From positions 1 to 50,539 of IMG/VR virus record IMGVR_UViG_3300016644_000039: a DNA stretch of 50,539 nt; one strand, given 5' to 3'. The notes under the pieces were generated by a model that worked only from the letters and a program-made list of their open reading frames with translations, was not told the origin of the DNA and made no database searches. The translations under genes and the position numbers were made by a program. This DNA comes from a virus. Taxonomy: Duplodnaviria; Caudoviricetes. This document shows positions 7,870 through 17,458 of this stretch, piece after piece. Position 1 is the stretch's first letter, and each line of letters opens with the position of its first letter.

Positions 7870-8838
7870 ATGGCACTGCCACGCGCAATTCAGGCTCAAG
7901 TCGAGCAAGCTAACGCCCTTCTGGAAGCGGCTAACAAGCCACCGGAGACCCCGGCCCAGGAGCCCCAGGCACAAGTAGCTGACCCCGCACCTGAACCTGA
8001 CCCCGCACCCGCAGCGCCTGAGCCGCAGGCAAATCCAGAGCCGCAGGCCCAGTCGCATCCGCAGCCCGACCCGTGGGAGCAGCGATACAAGACCCTCCAG
8101 GGCTTGTTCAACCGCGAAGTTCCCTCGCTTCAGACCAAGGTCAAGGACCTTGAAAGCCAGCTCCAAGAGGCTGTCGCCCGTCTGAATAAGGCCGCCGATG
8201 ACAAGGCCAAGCCCGCAGAGCCGGAGAAGCCCGTAGCCGACCCCAGGGATGTTGAGAACTTTGGTTCCGACCTGGTGGAGATGGTTCAACGCGTTGCCCA
8301 GCGCATGTTGGGTGCCGCAGCGAACGAGCTTCAGACCAAGGCAGCCGCCCTCGAGCAGCGTCTGGCGCAGTTGGAGCAGGCCCTCAAAGGGACTACTCAG
8401 ACCGTCGCCGTCACCGCAGAGCAAGCGTTCTTCGACCGTCTGACGAAGCTGGTTCCCGACTGGGAGTCGATCAATGCGAATCAAGCCTTCCTGGCCTGGC
8501 TCGCGGAAGTCGATCCGATCCTTGGCCAGCCCCGTCAGTCCGCACTGGACGCCGCTCAGCAGTCGCTGAACGCAGACCGCGCCGCCGCAGTCTTCAAGAC
8601 GTTTGCAGCCACTCTGCCGGCCGCTCCTAAGTCCAACCCCCTGGACAAACAAATCAGCCCCAAGGGCGCTGCATCCGCACCCCCGAGTGCGCCTGCGCAG
8701 CCGGTGATCTACACCCAGCAGCAGGTCGTGGACTTCTACAACGCAAAGCGTCGTGGCGAGTTCCGTGGTCGGGACAAAGAGGCGGCAGCCATTGAGGCCG
8801 AGTTGAACCTGGCCATTTCGGAGGGTCGAGTCCGTTAA
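7870..8838 (+). CDS. scaffolding protein
   Basis: P/E/A-rich N-terminus, coiled coil, C-terminal AISEGRVR; directly upstream of the capsid gene. Confidence 0.75.
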   Translation: MALPRAIQAQVEQANALLEAANKPPETPAQEPQAQVADPAPEPDPAPAAPEPQANPEPQAQSHPQPDPWEQRYKTLQGLFNREVPSLQTKVKDLESQLQEAVARLNKAADDKAKPAEPEKPVADPRDVENFGSDLVEMVQRVAQRMLGAAANELQTKAAALEQRLAQLEQALKGTTQTVAVTAEQAFFDRLTKLVPDWESINANQAFLAWLAEVDPILGQPRQSALDAAQQSLNADRAAAVFKTFAATLPAAPKSNPLDKQISPKGAASAPPSAPAQPVIYTQQQVVDFYNAKRRGEFRGRDKEAAAIEAELNLAISEGRVR

Positions 8839-8894
8839 GACTTAGCTCGGGAAATGGCCGCCCTGAACCAGTTCTTTTTTCTTAGGAGTGCCAA

Positions 8895-9878
8895 ATGGCT
8901 GCCATTTTCCCCGTCAACGCCCCGTTCAACACCAACCCGTCGTACAGCGGCACGTTCATTCCCGCAGTTTGGTCCGCCAAGCTGAACGAGAAGTTCTACG
9001 CCGCCTCCGTGTACGGTGACATCGCCAACACCAACTGGCAAGGCGAAGTCGCTTCCATGGGCGACAAGGTGTACATCAACACCGCTCCGACCATCACCAT
9101 CGCCGACTACAGCGCTGGTACCAACCTGAGCTACCAGGCTCCGACTCCTGACATGCAGGAGCTGCTGATCGACAAGGGCAAGTACTTCGCCTTCCAGATC
9201 AACGACGTGCTGGAGTACCAGGCCAAGCCCAACCTGATGGACATGTTTGCTGCTGACGCCGCCGAGCAGATGCGCATTGCCATCGACAGCACCGTGCTGT
9301 ACAACACCTTCACTCAGGGCGCAGCCGCCAACAAGGGCCTGACCGCTGGTGTGAAGTCGTCCGCCTACAACCTGGGCACCGACGCTGACCCCTTCGAGCT
9401 GACCGGCAGCAACGTGCTGACCAAGATTCTCGAGATGGCCTCCGTCCTGGACGAGCAGAACGTGCCCGAGAGCGACCGTTGGCTGGTCATCGACCCCGCC
9501 ACCCGCACGCTGCTGATGCAGTCCAACCTGGCTCAAGCCCAGTTTATGGGTGACGACACCAGCCCGGTCCGCAACGGCAAGATCGGCAAGATCGACCGCT
9601 TCACCGTGTACGTGAGCAACCAACTGCCCAAGGGCGGCGTGGACGCCAAGTGGGTGAGCGGCAAGGGCGACGAGAACAGCGTTGGCTCCGCCACCGGCGT
9701 TCTGAAGCGTCGTGCCCTGATCGCCGGCCACAAGTCGGCCATCACCTTCGCCAGCCAGATCACCAAGATGGAGACTGTGCGCAACCCCAACGACTTCGGC
9801 GACTTCATCCGCTCGCTGAACGTCTTCGGCTACAAGGTTGTGAAGCCCGAGTCCCTGGTGCTGGCCGTCGTGGCCTGA
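8895..9878 (+). CDS. major capsid protein
   Basis: FIPAVWSAKL N-terminus; NGKIGKIDRFTVYVSN; C-terminal FGYKVVKPE; highly biased codons. Confidence 0.9.
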   Translation: MAAIFPVNAPFNTNPSYSGTFIPAVWSAKLNEKFYAASVYGDIANTNWQGEVASMGDKVYINTAPTITIADYSAGTNLSYQAPTPDMQELLIDKGKYFAFQINDVLEYQAKPNLMDMFAADAAEQMRIAIDSTVLYNTFTQGAAANKGLTAGVKSSAYNLGTDADPFELTGSNVLTKILEMASVLDEQNVPESDRWLVIDPATRTLLMQSNLAQAQFMGDDTSPVRNGKIGKIDRFTVYVSNQLPKGGVDAKWVSGKGDENSVGSATGVLKRRALIAGHKSAITFASQITKMETVRNPNDFGDFIRSLNVFGYKVVKPESLVLAVVA

Positions 9879-9884
9879 TCGAAC

Positions 9885-9910
9885 GAGGGGGCTTAGGCCC
9901 CCTCTTCGTT
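9885..9910 (+). terminator. intrinsic terminator after the capsid gene
   Basis: GAGGGGGC-ttag-GCCCCCTC followed by TTCGTT. Confidence 0.7.
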
Positions 9911-9945
9911 AGCTACTGGCGCACACAGTGTTAGTAGGTTAGAAT

Positions 9946-9971
9946 GGCCCGGCCCACGCCGGGTTTTCTTT
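9946..9971 (+). terminator. second hairpin with T-tract
   Basis: GCCCGGC-ccac-GCCGGGT followed by TTTCTTT. Confidence 0.55.
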
Positions 9972-9981
9972 AGGTGATGCC

Positions 9982-10614
9982 GTGGTCAATCTGAGCCAGT
10001 TCTTTCCGCGCTTGATGCCCTACGTCGTGGGGTGCCCGGAGCCGCTCGCGCAGCAGGCTCTGCTGGACGCCGCCATCGAGTTCTGCACCAAGAGCAACGC
10101 GGTCAGCGTCATGCTCGACCCGGTCACCACCATCAAGGGCATTGCGACCTACGAGGTCGAGACGCCCACCCAGACCGGCGTGTCTGCGGTTCTCAAGCTC
10201 TGGCACGACGGCAACCTGATTCTGCCCCTGCCTTTCGAGCAAGCGACGTCGCTGTTCAACAACCCGAACGGCAGCCCGCGATTCTTCTTCGGCCAGTACG
10301 TGGACGAGACGTTCTGCATCACGTTGCTGCCCACCCCCGACAAGACTGTTGCCAACGGGCTGCGCATGCGCGCCGCACTGACGCCTACGCGCTCGGCAAC
10401 TCAAGTCCACGACATTCTGTACGACCGGTACGCAGACGCAATCGTCCAAGGGGCGATCTCGACGCTGTGCGCCGTGCCGGACCAACCGTTTACCGACTTG
10501 CCGCAAGCAGCCGCTGCGGCGATGCGGTTCCGCGCCGAGGCCAATCTGGCTCGAGGCGAAATCATGCACGGCAACGTGCAAAGTTCCTTGAGCGTAAAGA
10601 TGAGGGCATTCTGA
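9982..10614 (+). CDS. head-tail adaptor-like protein
   Basis: Position after the capsid gene; AAIEFC and AIVQGA motifs. Confidence 0.6.
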   Translation: MVNLSQFFPRLMPYVVGCPEPLAQQALLDAAIEFCTKSNAVSVMLDPVTTIKGIATYEVETPTQTGVSAVLKLWHDGNLILPLPFEQATSLFNNPNGSPRFFFGQYVDETFCITLLPTPDKTVANGLRMRAALTPTRSATQVHDILYDRYADAIVQGAISTLCAVPDQPFTDLPQAAAAAMRFRAEANLARGEIMHGNVQSSLSVKMRAF

Positions 10615-10615
10615 A

Positions 10616-11317
10616 ATGGCTATTACCGCGCAATCCATCGTTCGCCGCGTCGTCGAGACGCTGCAAGACAACACCTCCGTTCGCTGGCCCGTCAACGAGC
10701 TCGTGCGCTATCTCAATGATGGCCAACGCGAGATCGTGCTCTACCGCCCTGACGCGATGGTGACCAACTCCACCGTGACCTTGGTGGCGGGCTCCAAGCA
10801 GGCCCTGCCCGCCAACGGCGCAAAGCTGATCGAGGTGATCCGCAACAACACTGCCTCGTCCAAGCGCGCCGTGCGTCTGGTCAACCGCGAAATCCTGGAT
10901 GCCCAGTCGCCCGCCTGGCACAACATCGCCGGCGTCACCGAAGTGCTGCACTTCATGTACGACCCGCGCGACCCGAAGATTTTCTACGTGTACCCGCCGG
11001 CTGCCGCATCGGGCGCCTCTGTGGACATCGTGTACTCGGCGCTGCCGACCGACATCACCGAGCCCGCAGACGGCAGCACGTACAGCGCTGTGACCGGCAA
11101 CATCTCCGTGCCGGACATCTACGGCAACGTGCTCCAGGACTACATGCTGTACCGCGCCTACTCGAAGGACAGCGAGTACGCAGGCAACGCTCAGCGCGCG
11201 CAGGCGCACTACGGCGCGTTTGCCAACGCCCTGGGCATCGAGATGAAGGCCACGGTCAACTTCCAGCCCAACACGGTCGCTAACCCCAACCGCCAGACCG
11301 CTGCTCCGGCTGCGTGA
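10616..11317 (+). CDS. head-tail adaptor protein (DUF6682-like)
   Basis: RWPVNELVRYLNDGQREIV; FYVYPP; DYMLYRAYSKD. Confidence 0.7.
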   Translation: MAITAQSIVRRVVETLQDNTSVRWPVNELVRYLNDGQREIVLYRPDAMVTNSTVTLVAGSKQALPANGAKLIEVIRNNTASSKRAVRLVNREILDAQSPAWHNIAGVTEVLHFMYDPRDPKIFYVYPPAAASGASVDIVYSALPTDITEPADGSTYSAVTGNISVPDIYGNVLQDYMLYRAYSKDSEYAGNAQRAQAHYGAFANALGIEMKATVNFQPNTVANPNRQTAAPAA

Positions 11318-11325
11318 GGTAGCCC

Positions 11326-11658
11326 ATGGCCGAGAAGATCAAGCTCGTTCAAGGCGACACGAAGCCCGCGCTGGTGTGCAACATCACTGATGAGACCACG
11401 GGCGCTGCGATCAACCTGACGGGCGCAACCGTGCGCCTGAAGTTTCGCGCTGCGGGCGCTACCTCGCTGACCGCCACTGTGACGGGCTCCGTGACCAACG
11501 GCGCCAATGGCCAGGTGGCGTTCTACCCTGCCTCGGCCCCGGAGATGCTGCAAGGCGAGCCCGGAGACTACGAAGGCGAGATCGAGATCACGTTCGCCGA
11601 CAACACCATCCAGACGGTCTATGACCTTCTGAAGTTCAAGGTGCGCGAGGACTTCTGA
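11326..11658 (+). CDS. BppU-like Ig-fold virion protein
   Basis: QGDT...INLTGATV...GDYEGEIEITF pattern. Confidence 0.6.
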   Translation: MAEKIKLVQGDTKPALVCNITDETTGAAINLTGATVRLKFRAAGATSLTATVTGSVTNGANGQVAFYPASAPEMLQGEPGDYEGEIEITFADNTIQTVYDLLKFKVREDF

Positions 11659-13013
11659 TGGCAATCAAGGTCACGACCCTCAATCCGGTCGCGGGAGTCT
11701 CGAGCTCCCGGCCTCGGGTGAGCGTTGTCGTGACCGAGCCGACGGCTTCGGTATCCGCGGACCTCCTGGCCGCCGCGGCCTCTGCGTCGGTTGCGGGCGT
11801 CAACGTGACGGCCGTCGTGCCGGTGAGTCGCTTGAGCTACATCGCGCTGGCCACAAACGCAAGCCTCGACGCAACAGGTCGCTTCCAGTACGTCACTGAC
11901 TCTGCGCAGGTGGCTGACGCGGTTGCGCTTGCGCCCAGCAAGCTAGCCCAAGACAGCTTCGGCCTGTCAGATGCTGAGAGCTACGCGCTGGCCATGGCCA
12001 AGAGCGACTCGGTGTCGCTCACCGAAGCCTTCGTTGCTGTCTTGGTGTTCCTGCGGGATTTCACCGACGCCGCTCTGCTGTCCGACGCGCAGCAGCTCCA
12101 GATCGCCAAGGCGCTCGCCGACGCGTTCAGCACGGTCGACGTGCAGACGCTCGTGCTGGACAAAGCCATCGCCGACGGCGTGGCAATGAACGACGCCGCG
12201 GACCTCGAGGACGGCATTACGTTCCAGGCCGTGAAGTCGGTGATGAACATGGTGTTCGCAGGCGACGTCGCCGTGATCGACGTTGCACGCCCTGTGGCGG
12301 ACACGCAGGTTGTTGCGGACAGCACATCGCTCGAGCCTCAGCTTGCCAAGGCCGACAGCGTCGGAAGTTCCGACTCTGTTGCGCTGACCCCTTTCAAGGG
12401 GCTGTTTGATTCGCAGCAGCTCGCGGACGCCGCGCAGCTTGCCGTCGACAAAGCGATTGCGGACGCCGTTTTCTTGGTCGAATCGGTCGGCGTCAGCGCC
12501 GACAAGCCCTTGGCCGACCTCGCTCAAGTGGCGGACGCGAGCTCTATTCAGACGTCGATCCCGGAGGCAGATTCGGTTGCCGCGCAGGACAACGAGGCTT
12601 TTGATTTTTTGAAGTCGGCGCAGGACTCGACGACGGCCACCGACGCGGACGTGATCGAAGTTTCGAAAGCGCTGACCGACGCCTTTGCGCTCGCTGATGC
12701 GCCGCGGCTCTCCCACGACCGCCCGCTCGGCGACCAGATTCTCTTCACCGACTCATTGCTGACGTCCGTTGACCGCTTGGTGTTCGACGGCGTGGCGATG
12801 AACGACTCGGCCGAGGCGGCCGACGGTCTGTTGATTCAGACCACGCAATCCATCACCAACATGGCGTTTGCCACTGACGCCGTGGCGCTGTCGCAGTCGC
12901 TCAACGAAGCGGATGCCGCAGCCGTTGCGGATTCGGGGTCGTTGGTGAGCCAGGGCTACTGCGACCTGACCTATTTCGCAGCGGACTACGTCGGGGATGC
13001 CCGCACATTCTGA
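11658..13013 (+). CDS. acidic virion fibre-like protein built from 18-aa repeats
   Basis: About 19 units of D-x5-D-x7-K-like periodicity. Confidence 0.65.
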   Translation: MAIKVTTLNPVAGVSSSRPRVSVVVTEPTASVSADLLAAAASASVAGVNVTAVVPVSRLSYIALATNASLDATGRFQYVTDSAQVADAVALAPSKLAQDSFGLSDAESYALAMAKSDSVSLTEAFVAVLVFLRDFTDAALLSDAQQLQIAKALADAFSTVDVQTLVLDKAIADGVAMNDAADLEDGITFQAVKSVMNMVFAGDVAVIDVARPVADTQVVADSTSLEPQLAKADSVGSSDSVALTPFKGLFDSQQLADAAQLAVDKAIADAVFLVESVGVSADKPLADLAQVADASSIQTSIPEADSVAAQDNEAFDFLKSAQDSTTATDADVIEVSKALTDAFALADAPRLSHDRPLGDQILFTDSLLTSVDRLVFDGVAMNDSAEAADGLLIQTTQSITNMAFATDAVALSQSLNEADAAAVADSGSLVSQGYCDLTYFAADYVGDARTF

Positions 13014-13024
13014 AGGAGTGAACC

Positions 13025-13474
13025 ATGTTCAACGAAACGCTCAAAGTCACCGGCGACGTCACAGTCACGATCACCGGACCCGATGGCCAGGTCAAGGACC
13101 AGCGCCAGATCAAGAACCTGGTGGTCACCGCCGGCAAGCAGTTCATCGCTGCGAGCATGCTCAAGACCACGACCAACAGCCCTGCGGCCATGACGCACAT
13201 GGCCATCGGCTCTGGCGCAGTGGCGGCAGCCGCCGGCGACACTGCACTTGGCGCGCAACTTGGTCGCGTTGCACTCGCCTCGAGCACCGTCTCTGGCGCC
13301 GTTGTGACCTACACCGCGTCGTTCCCTGCCGGTACCGGTACTGGCGCTGTGACTGAGGCTGGCATCTTCAACGCGTCGTCTGCCGGCACGATGTTGTGCC
13401 GCACCGTGTTCGCCGTGGTGAACAAGGGCGCCGACGACGCCATGAGCATCACCTGGGCTATCACCGTTTCCTGA
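13025..13474 (+). CDS. tail/virion structural protein
   Basis: NLVVTAG..MAIGSG..TEAGIF pattern of tail-fibre N-terminal-like domains. Confidence 0.65.
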   Translation: MFNETLKVTGDVTVTITGPDGQVKDQRQIKNLVVTAGKQFIAASMLKTTTNSPAAMTHMAIGSGAVAAAAGDTALGAQLGRVALASSTVSGAVVTYTASFPAGTGTGAVTEAGIFNASSAGTMLCRTVFAVVNKGADDAMSITWAITVS

Positions 13475-13491
13475 TTCAAGGATTGAAGTAG

Positions 13492-16245
13492 ATGGCGTCG
13501 ATTACGACTCGCGCTGGCAAGGGGTCTCCGCTGACCAACGCGGAGGTCGACGCCAACTTCACGAACCTGAACACGGAGTTGGGGCAGAAGCTGCCGCTTT
13601 CGGGCGGCACGATGACGGGCGCCATCGCGTTTGCTGCCGGGCAGACGTGGCCCACGTTCAACCAGAACACCACGGGCTCTGCGGCTTCCCTGACGACAGG
13701 CCGCACGATTGGCATGACCGGCGACGTAACCTGGACGAGTGGTTCGTTCAACGGCACCGCCAACGTCACGGGCACGGCCACTCTGGCGAACTCCGGGGTG
13801 ACCGCTGGCACCTACACGAAGGTCACTGTCGACGCCAAGGGGCGCGTCACGACGGGTGCTTCGCTGTCTGCAAACGACATCCCCTCTTTGAGCTACCTGC
13901 CACTGAGCGGCGGTACGTTGACTGGCACGGTCGCGTCGACCGGGTTTATCGGGCAGCTTTTTGGCGCAGCGTCCGGTGCCCCTGACACCTGGATTTGGTC
14001 TGTCAGCCCAGCCAACCCAACCTGGGGCATCTACTACAACGAGGGCACCCCAGACGCCATTGAGTTCAAGGCGGCGGGGACGACTACGGCGTCCATCTTC
14101 TTGGACACCGGTGCGGCGAACTTCGCGGGCGCACTTACGCAGAACAACAACCAGGTTCTTCACGCCGGCAACTACACCAGCTACGCCCCCTCGCTGACTG
14201 GCTCCGGCGCTTCTGGCACATGGGGTGTCAGCGTCACTGGAAACGCAGCCACTGCCACGACTCTGCAAACAGCCAGGACCATCAACGGCGTCAGCTTCAA
14301 CGGCAGTGCCAACATCAAGACATCCGAGTGGGTTCACTCCGACCGTGACTTCGCGTCCGGTACGCTGGTCACGACTGACATCAACTACGCCGTCACAAAC
14401 GGTGATCCGTTTGTTCTCGAGATTCGAGGAAACTCGTACGGCGACGCCGTGCCGTACGACATCCAGTACCAGGGCTATATCTACTCCGACACGATCATCA
14501 ACCACGGTGGCTACTCGAACGGCACCAACATCACTGGCTTGGTGGCGATCAACGTCGGTGGCAACCTGTGCTTCTGGTGGCCACGCCAGTCGTACTGGAA
14601 CGGCTTCAACGTCCGTGTCTACACGGCGTACGCGACCGTGGCCGTGAATCGCGTGACCAGCATCACAAGCACAGCCAAGCCGACATCGACAAAAGAGGTT
14701 GCGCTATCGGCTAACATCCGTCAGTCGCTGCACAGCGGCAACTACAACAGTTACAGCCCAACACTGACCGGCACAGGAGCTTCTGGCACTTGGGGCATCT
14801 CGATCACCGGCTCGGCGGCCACCCTGACCACCGCCCGCACTATCGCCATGACTGGCGACGTCACCTACACGAGTGGCAGCTTCAACGGCTCCGCCAATGT
14901 GACGGGCACGGCCACCATCGCAGATGCCACGGTGAGCGGCAAGCTGCTCACAGGCTATACGGCTGGCACCAACACCGCGCTTGCCGCGACCGACTCGATC
15001 CTCGCCGCCTTTGGCAAGGTTCAGGGCCAGATCAACGCCCGCCTCACCGGCAACCAAACGATCACCCTGAGCGGTGATGCCAGCGGCAGCGGGGCTACTG
15101 CCATCGCTGTGACCCTCGCCAACAGCGGCGTCACGGCTGGCACGTACACCAAGGTGACAGTCGATGCAAAGGGCCGGGTCACAGCGGGCGCTTCGCTCGC
15201 ATCTGCGGACGTAACCACGGCGCTGGGCTACACACCCTACAACAGCACGAACCCGAACGGGTACATCACCAGCAGCGCCCTGAGCAGCTACCTGCCGCTG
15301 ACTGGCGGCAGTTTGACGGGTCCTCTGCTGGTGAGCGGTACGGGCGGGTTTCCTACCGACGCGCTCAACACCGCGGGCAACGTGCCCATCGTCGCAAAAG
15401 TTGGGACCAACGACACGTTCTTCGGGGCGCTTAATCAATACGGGTACCAGACGTTTGCTGTCAATATCACTGGGGCCACGAACACTTCCACGACCCGCGG
15501 TGTTATTGACTTCTACACCAAGACTAACGGAAGCTGGACCGCGGCGATGCAGCTCAACACCGCGTCTGCGCGGTTCCCGGGCGCGGTGCGTATTGGGAAT
15601 ACAGGGACTCCGGAAGGTTCATTCGACTTCATCGCTGGGAGCGACGTGCGCTGGCTGGCTCGAGCCGGTCGTCTCGATTGCGTCAACGATGCAAACACGT
15701 CGTACCAAAGCGGCACTCTTCGTGGTCTGAATCTGTATTTCAGAACCGCGGACGACGTTACGCGCTTCAGCGTCAATAGCGACGGTCGGCTGTACTTCAA
15801 TAACGGGTCTGCATCTCGCGGCACCGACGGCTACGTCTTGTCTGTGCGGAGTGACTCTCTGGCAGCCCCGCTGCGCATGGGCGGGTATCTCGAGTGGCTC
15901 TCTGATGTCGGCGCGATTGGCACAAGCTACTTCAACTCCGACGCCAGACTGAAAAAGAACATCGCCCCGACACAAGTCGCTGCGCGAGACGTAATCGACG
16001 CCATTGAGTTCAAGCAGTTCGAGTGGAACGAGTTCACTGACCTTGACGGCGTGCGCGTGCCGCTGGGCGTAATTGCGCAGCAGTTGCGGGAAGTCAATCC
16101 AAACTTTGTCAGCGAAATGACCGACTCCACGCTTGGCGTGCGCGACCCGGAGTTGCTGACCTATGCGCTCAAGGCCGTGCAGGAGCTGTCTTCGGAACTG
16201 AAGATGGTGCAGCAGGAGTTGGCGCGTCTGAAAGGAGCGGCCTGA
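13492..16245 (+). CDS. tail fibre with C-terminal peptidase S74 intramolecular chaperone
   Basis: Repeated fibre modules (GTYTKVTVDAKGRVT, TARTI); SDARLKKNI...GVIAQQL; terminal coiled coil. Confidence 0.88.
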   Translation: MASITTRAGKGSPLTNAEVDANFTNLNTELGQKLPLSGGTMTGAIAFAAGQTWPTFNQNTTGSAASLTTGRTIGMTGDVTWTSGSFNGTANVTGTATLANSGVTAGTYTKVTVDAKGRVTTGASLSANDIPSLSYLPLSGGTLTGTVASTGFIGQLFGAASGAPDTWIWSVSPANPTWGIYYNEGTPDAIEFKAAGTTTASIFLDTGAANFAGALTQNNNQVLHAGNYTSYAPSLTGSGASGTWGVSVTGNAATATTLQTARTINGVSFNGSANIKTSEWVHSDRDFASGTLVTTDINYAVTNGDPFVLEIRGNSYGDAVPYDIQYQGYIYSDTIINHGGYSNGTNITGLVAINVGGNLCFWWPRQSYWNGFNVRVYTAYATVAVNRVTSITSTAKPTSTKEVALSANIRQSLHSGNYNSYSPTLTGTGASGTWGISITGSAATLTTARTIAMTGDVTYTSGSFNGSANVTGTATIADATVSGKLLTGYTAGTNTALAATDSILAAFGKVQGQINARLTGNQTITLSGDASGSGATAIAVTLANSGVTAGTYTKVTVDAKGRVTAGASLASADVTTALGYTPYNSTNPNGYITSSALSSYLPLTGGSLTGPLLVSGTGGFPTDALNTAGNVPIVAKVGTNDTFFGALNQYGYQTFAVNITGATNTSTTRGVIDFYTKTNGSWTAAMQLNTASARFPGAVRIGNTGTPEGSFDFIAGSDVRWLARAGRLDCVNDANTSYQSGTLRGLNLYFRTADDVTRFSVNSDGRLYFNNGSASRGTDGYVLSVRSDSLAAPLRMGGYLEWLSDVGAIGTSYFNSDARLKKNIAPTQVAARDVIDAIEFKQFEWNEFTDLDGVRVPLGVIAQQLREVNPNFVSEMTDSTLGVRDPELLTYALKAVQELSSELKMVQQELARLKGAA

Positions 16246-16565
16246 TGGGCACTGAGTACACCTGGCTTATCTGGGATATGAAGCGCGACCCAAGCACTGG
16301 GAGCGTTGGTGAGGTTCACTTCCGAGTTGCAGCGCAGAAGGACGGCGCGCGGGCGATCAACGCGGGGTCGGTGACGCTCGTCGCGGACCCGAACAGCCCT
16401 TCCTTTATCCCGTACGAGCAGCTCACGCCGGAGATCGTTATCGCCTGGGTGAAGGAGAAGCTTGCTACGAGCGACCGACCCCCAGAGAGAATCTACGAGT
16501 GGCTAGACGAGCGTCTGGCGGAAAAGCTAGGCGCGGCGACCCAGAGTGGCGTCCCCTGGGCTTAA
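16245..16565 (+). CDS. tail-fibre-associated protein
   Basis: FIPYEQLT..VIAWV..GVPW; coupled to the fibre stop codon. Confidence 0.65.
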   Translation: MGTEYTWLIWDMKRDPSTGSVGEVHFRVAAQKDGARAINAGSVTLVADPNSPSFIPYEQLTPEIVIAWVKEKLATSDRPPERIYEWLDERLAEKLGAATQSGVPWA

Positions 16566-16606
16566 CGCACGGACCAAATCGTTTGTGAACCTTGAAAGCA
16601 GTACCA

Positions 16607-16834
16607 GTGGATAACCAACAACTCTTTAACCTCGTAGTCAGCATCGCAGCGTTTCTCGCCGTGTTCGTCTTCAACTGGATCACACGCAAGATTCAAAGGC
16701 TCGAAGACGAGATGAAGCAGCTTCCGCACGACTACGTGCAGAAGGACGACTATCGCTCGGACGTCAAGGAGCTCAAGGACATGCTTCGGCAGCTCTTTGA
16801 CAAACTTGACGCCAAAGCAGACAAGACAGGCTAA
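16607..16834 (+). CDS. putative holin-like protein (one TM helix plus coiled coil)
   Basis: Hydrophobic N-terminus; YVQKDDY..LFDKLD; first gene of the envelope/lysis block. Confidence 0.5.
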   Translation: MDNQQLFNLVVSIAAFLAVFVFNWITRKIQRLEDEMKQLPHDYVQKDDYRSDVKELKDMLRQLFDKLDAKADKTG

Positions 16835-16837
16835 CAA

Positions 16838-17458
16838 GTGAAATGGCTGTTGCTCCTATTGTTCACCGGACCCGTGCTGGCGCAGAACACCGCCACCGTG
16901 GACAACCTGTCGACAAACCAACAGGGCAGCAACATCACCAACAGCTCGAACTCGAACAACACGAGCCAGAGCACGACGTACAACGGGAACGCGCCCGGGA
17001 GCACACCACCTCCGAGCGCGATTGCGCCGAGCTACATGGGCGGCGGCCAGGACTCGTGCCTGATCGGGCTCTCTGGGTCGGTGTCGTCCAGCGTGATCGG
17101 CATCGGCGGAGGAACGTACCGGCGCGACGAGCAGTGCGAGCTGCTCAAGCTCGCCAAGACATTGAACGATTTCGGGCTGAAGGTCGCTGCTGTGGCAACC
17201 CTCTGCCAGGACACCAGAGTCTTTCAAGCGATGGCCATGGCGGGCACTCCCTGTCCGTACCTGGGCGCGATTGGAAAACAAGCCACGATCTTGTGGCAGC
17301 AGTACCCGGAGATGAGGCCCGACTATGAACGCAAACCGCTCAAACCCATTTCGCTCGCCACTGGCGTTCGTGCTGATGATTCAGGCTCTCTGTCTGATCG
17401 TTATCGCCCCAGCAAACGCGCAAAGTCTAACGACAAGCCAGCAGACGGTAGTAAATGA
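16838..17458 (+). CDS. secreted Cys-containing protein of unknown function
   Basis: Sec signal MKWLLLLLFTGPVLA|Q; PPPSAIAP, four Cys, AGTPCP. Confidence 0.75.
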   Translation: MKWLLLLLFTGPVLAQNTATVDNLSTNQQGSNITNSSNSNNTSQSTTYNGNAPGSTPPPSAIAPSYMGGGQDSCLIGLSGSVSSSVIGIGGGTYRRDEQCELLKLAKTLNDFGLKVAAVATLCQDTRVFQAMAMAGTPCPYLGAIGKQATILWQQYPEMRPDYERKPLKPISLATGVRADDSGSLSDRYRPSKRAKSNDKPADGSK

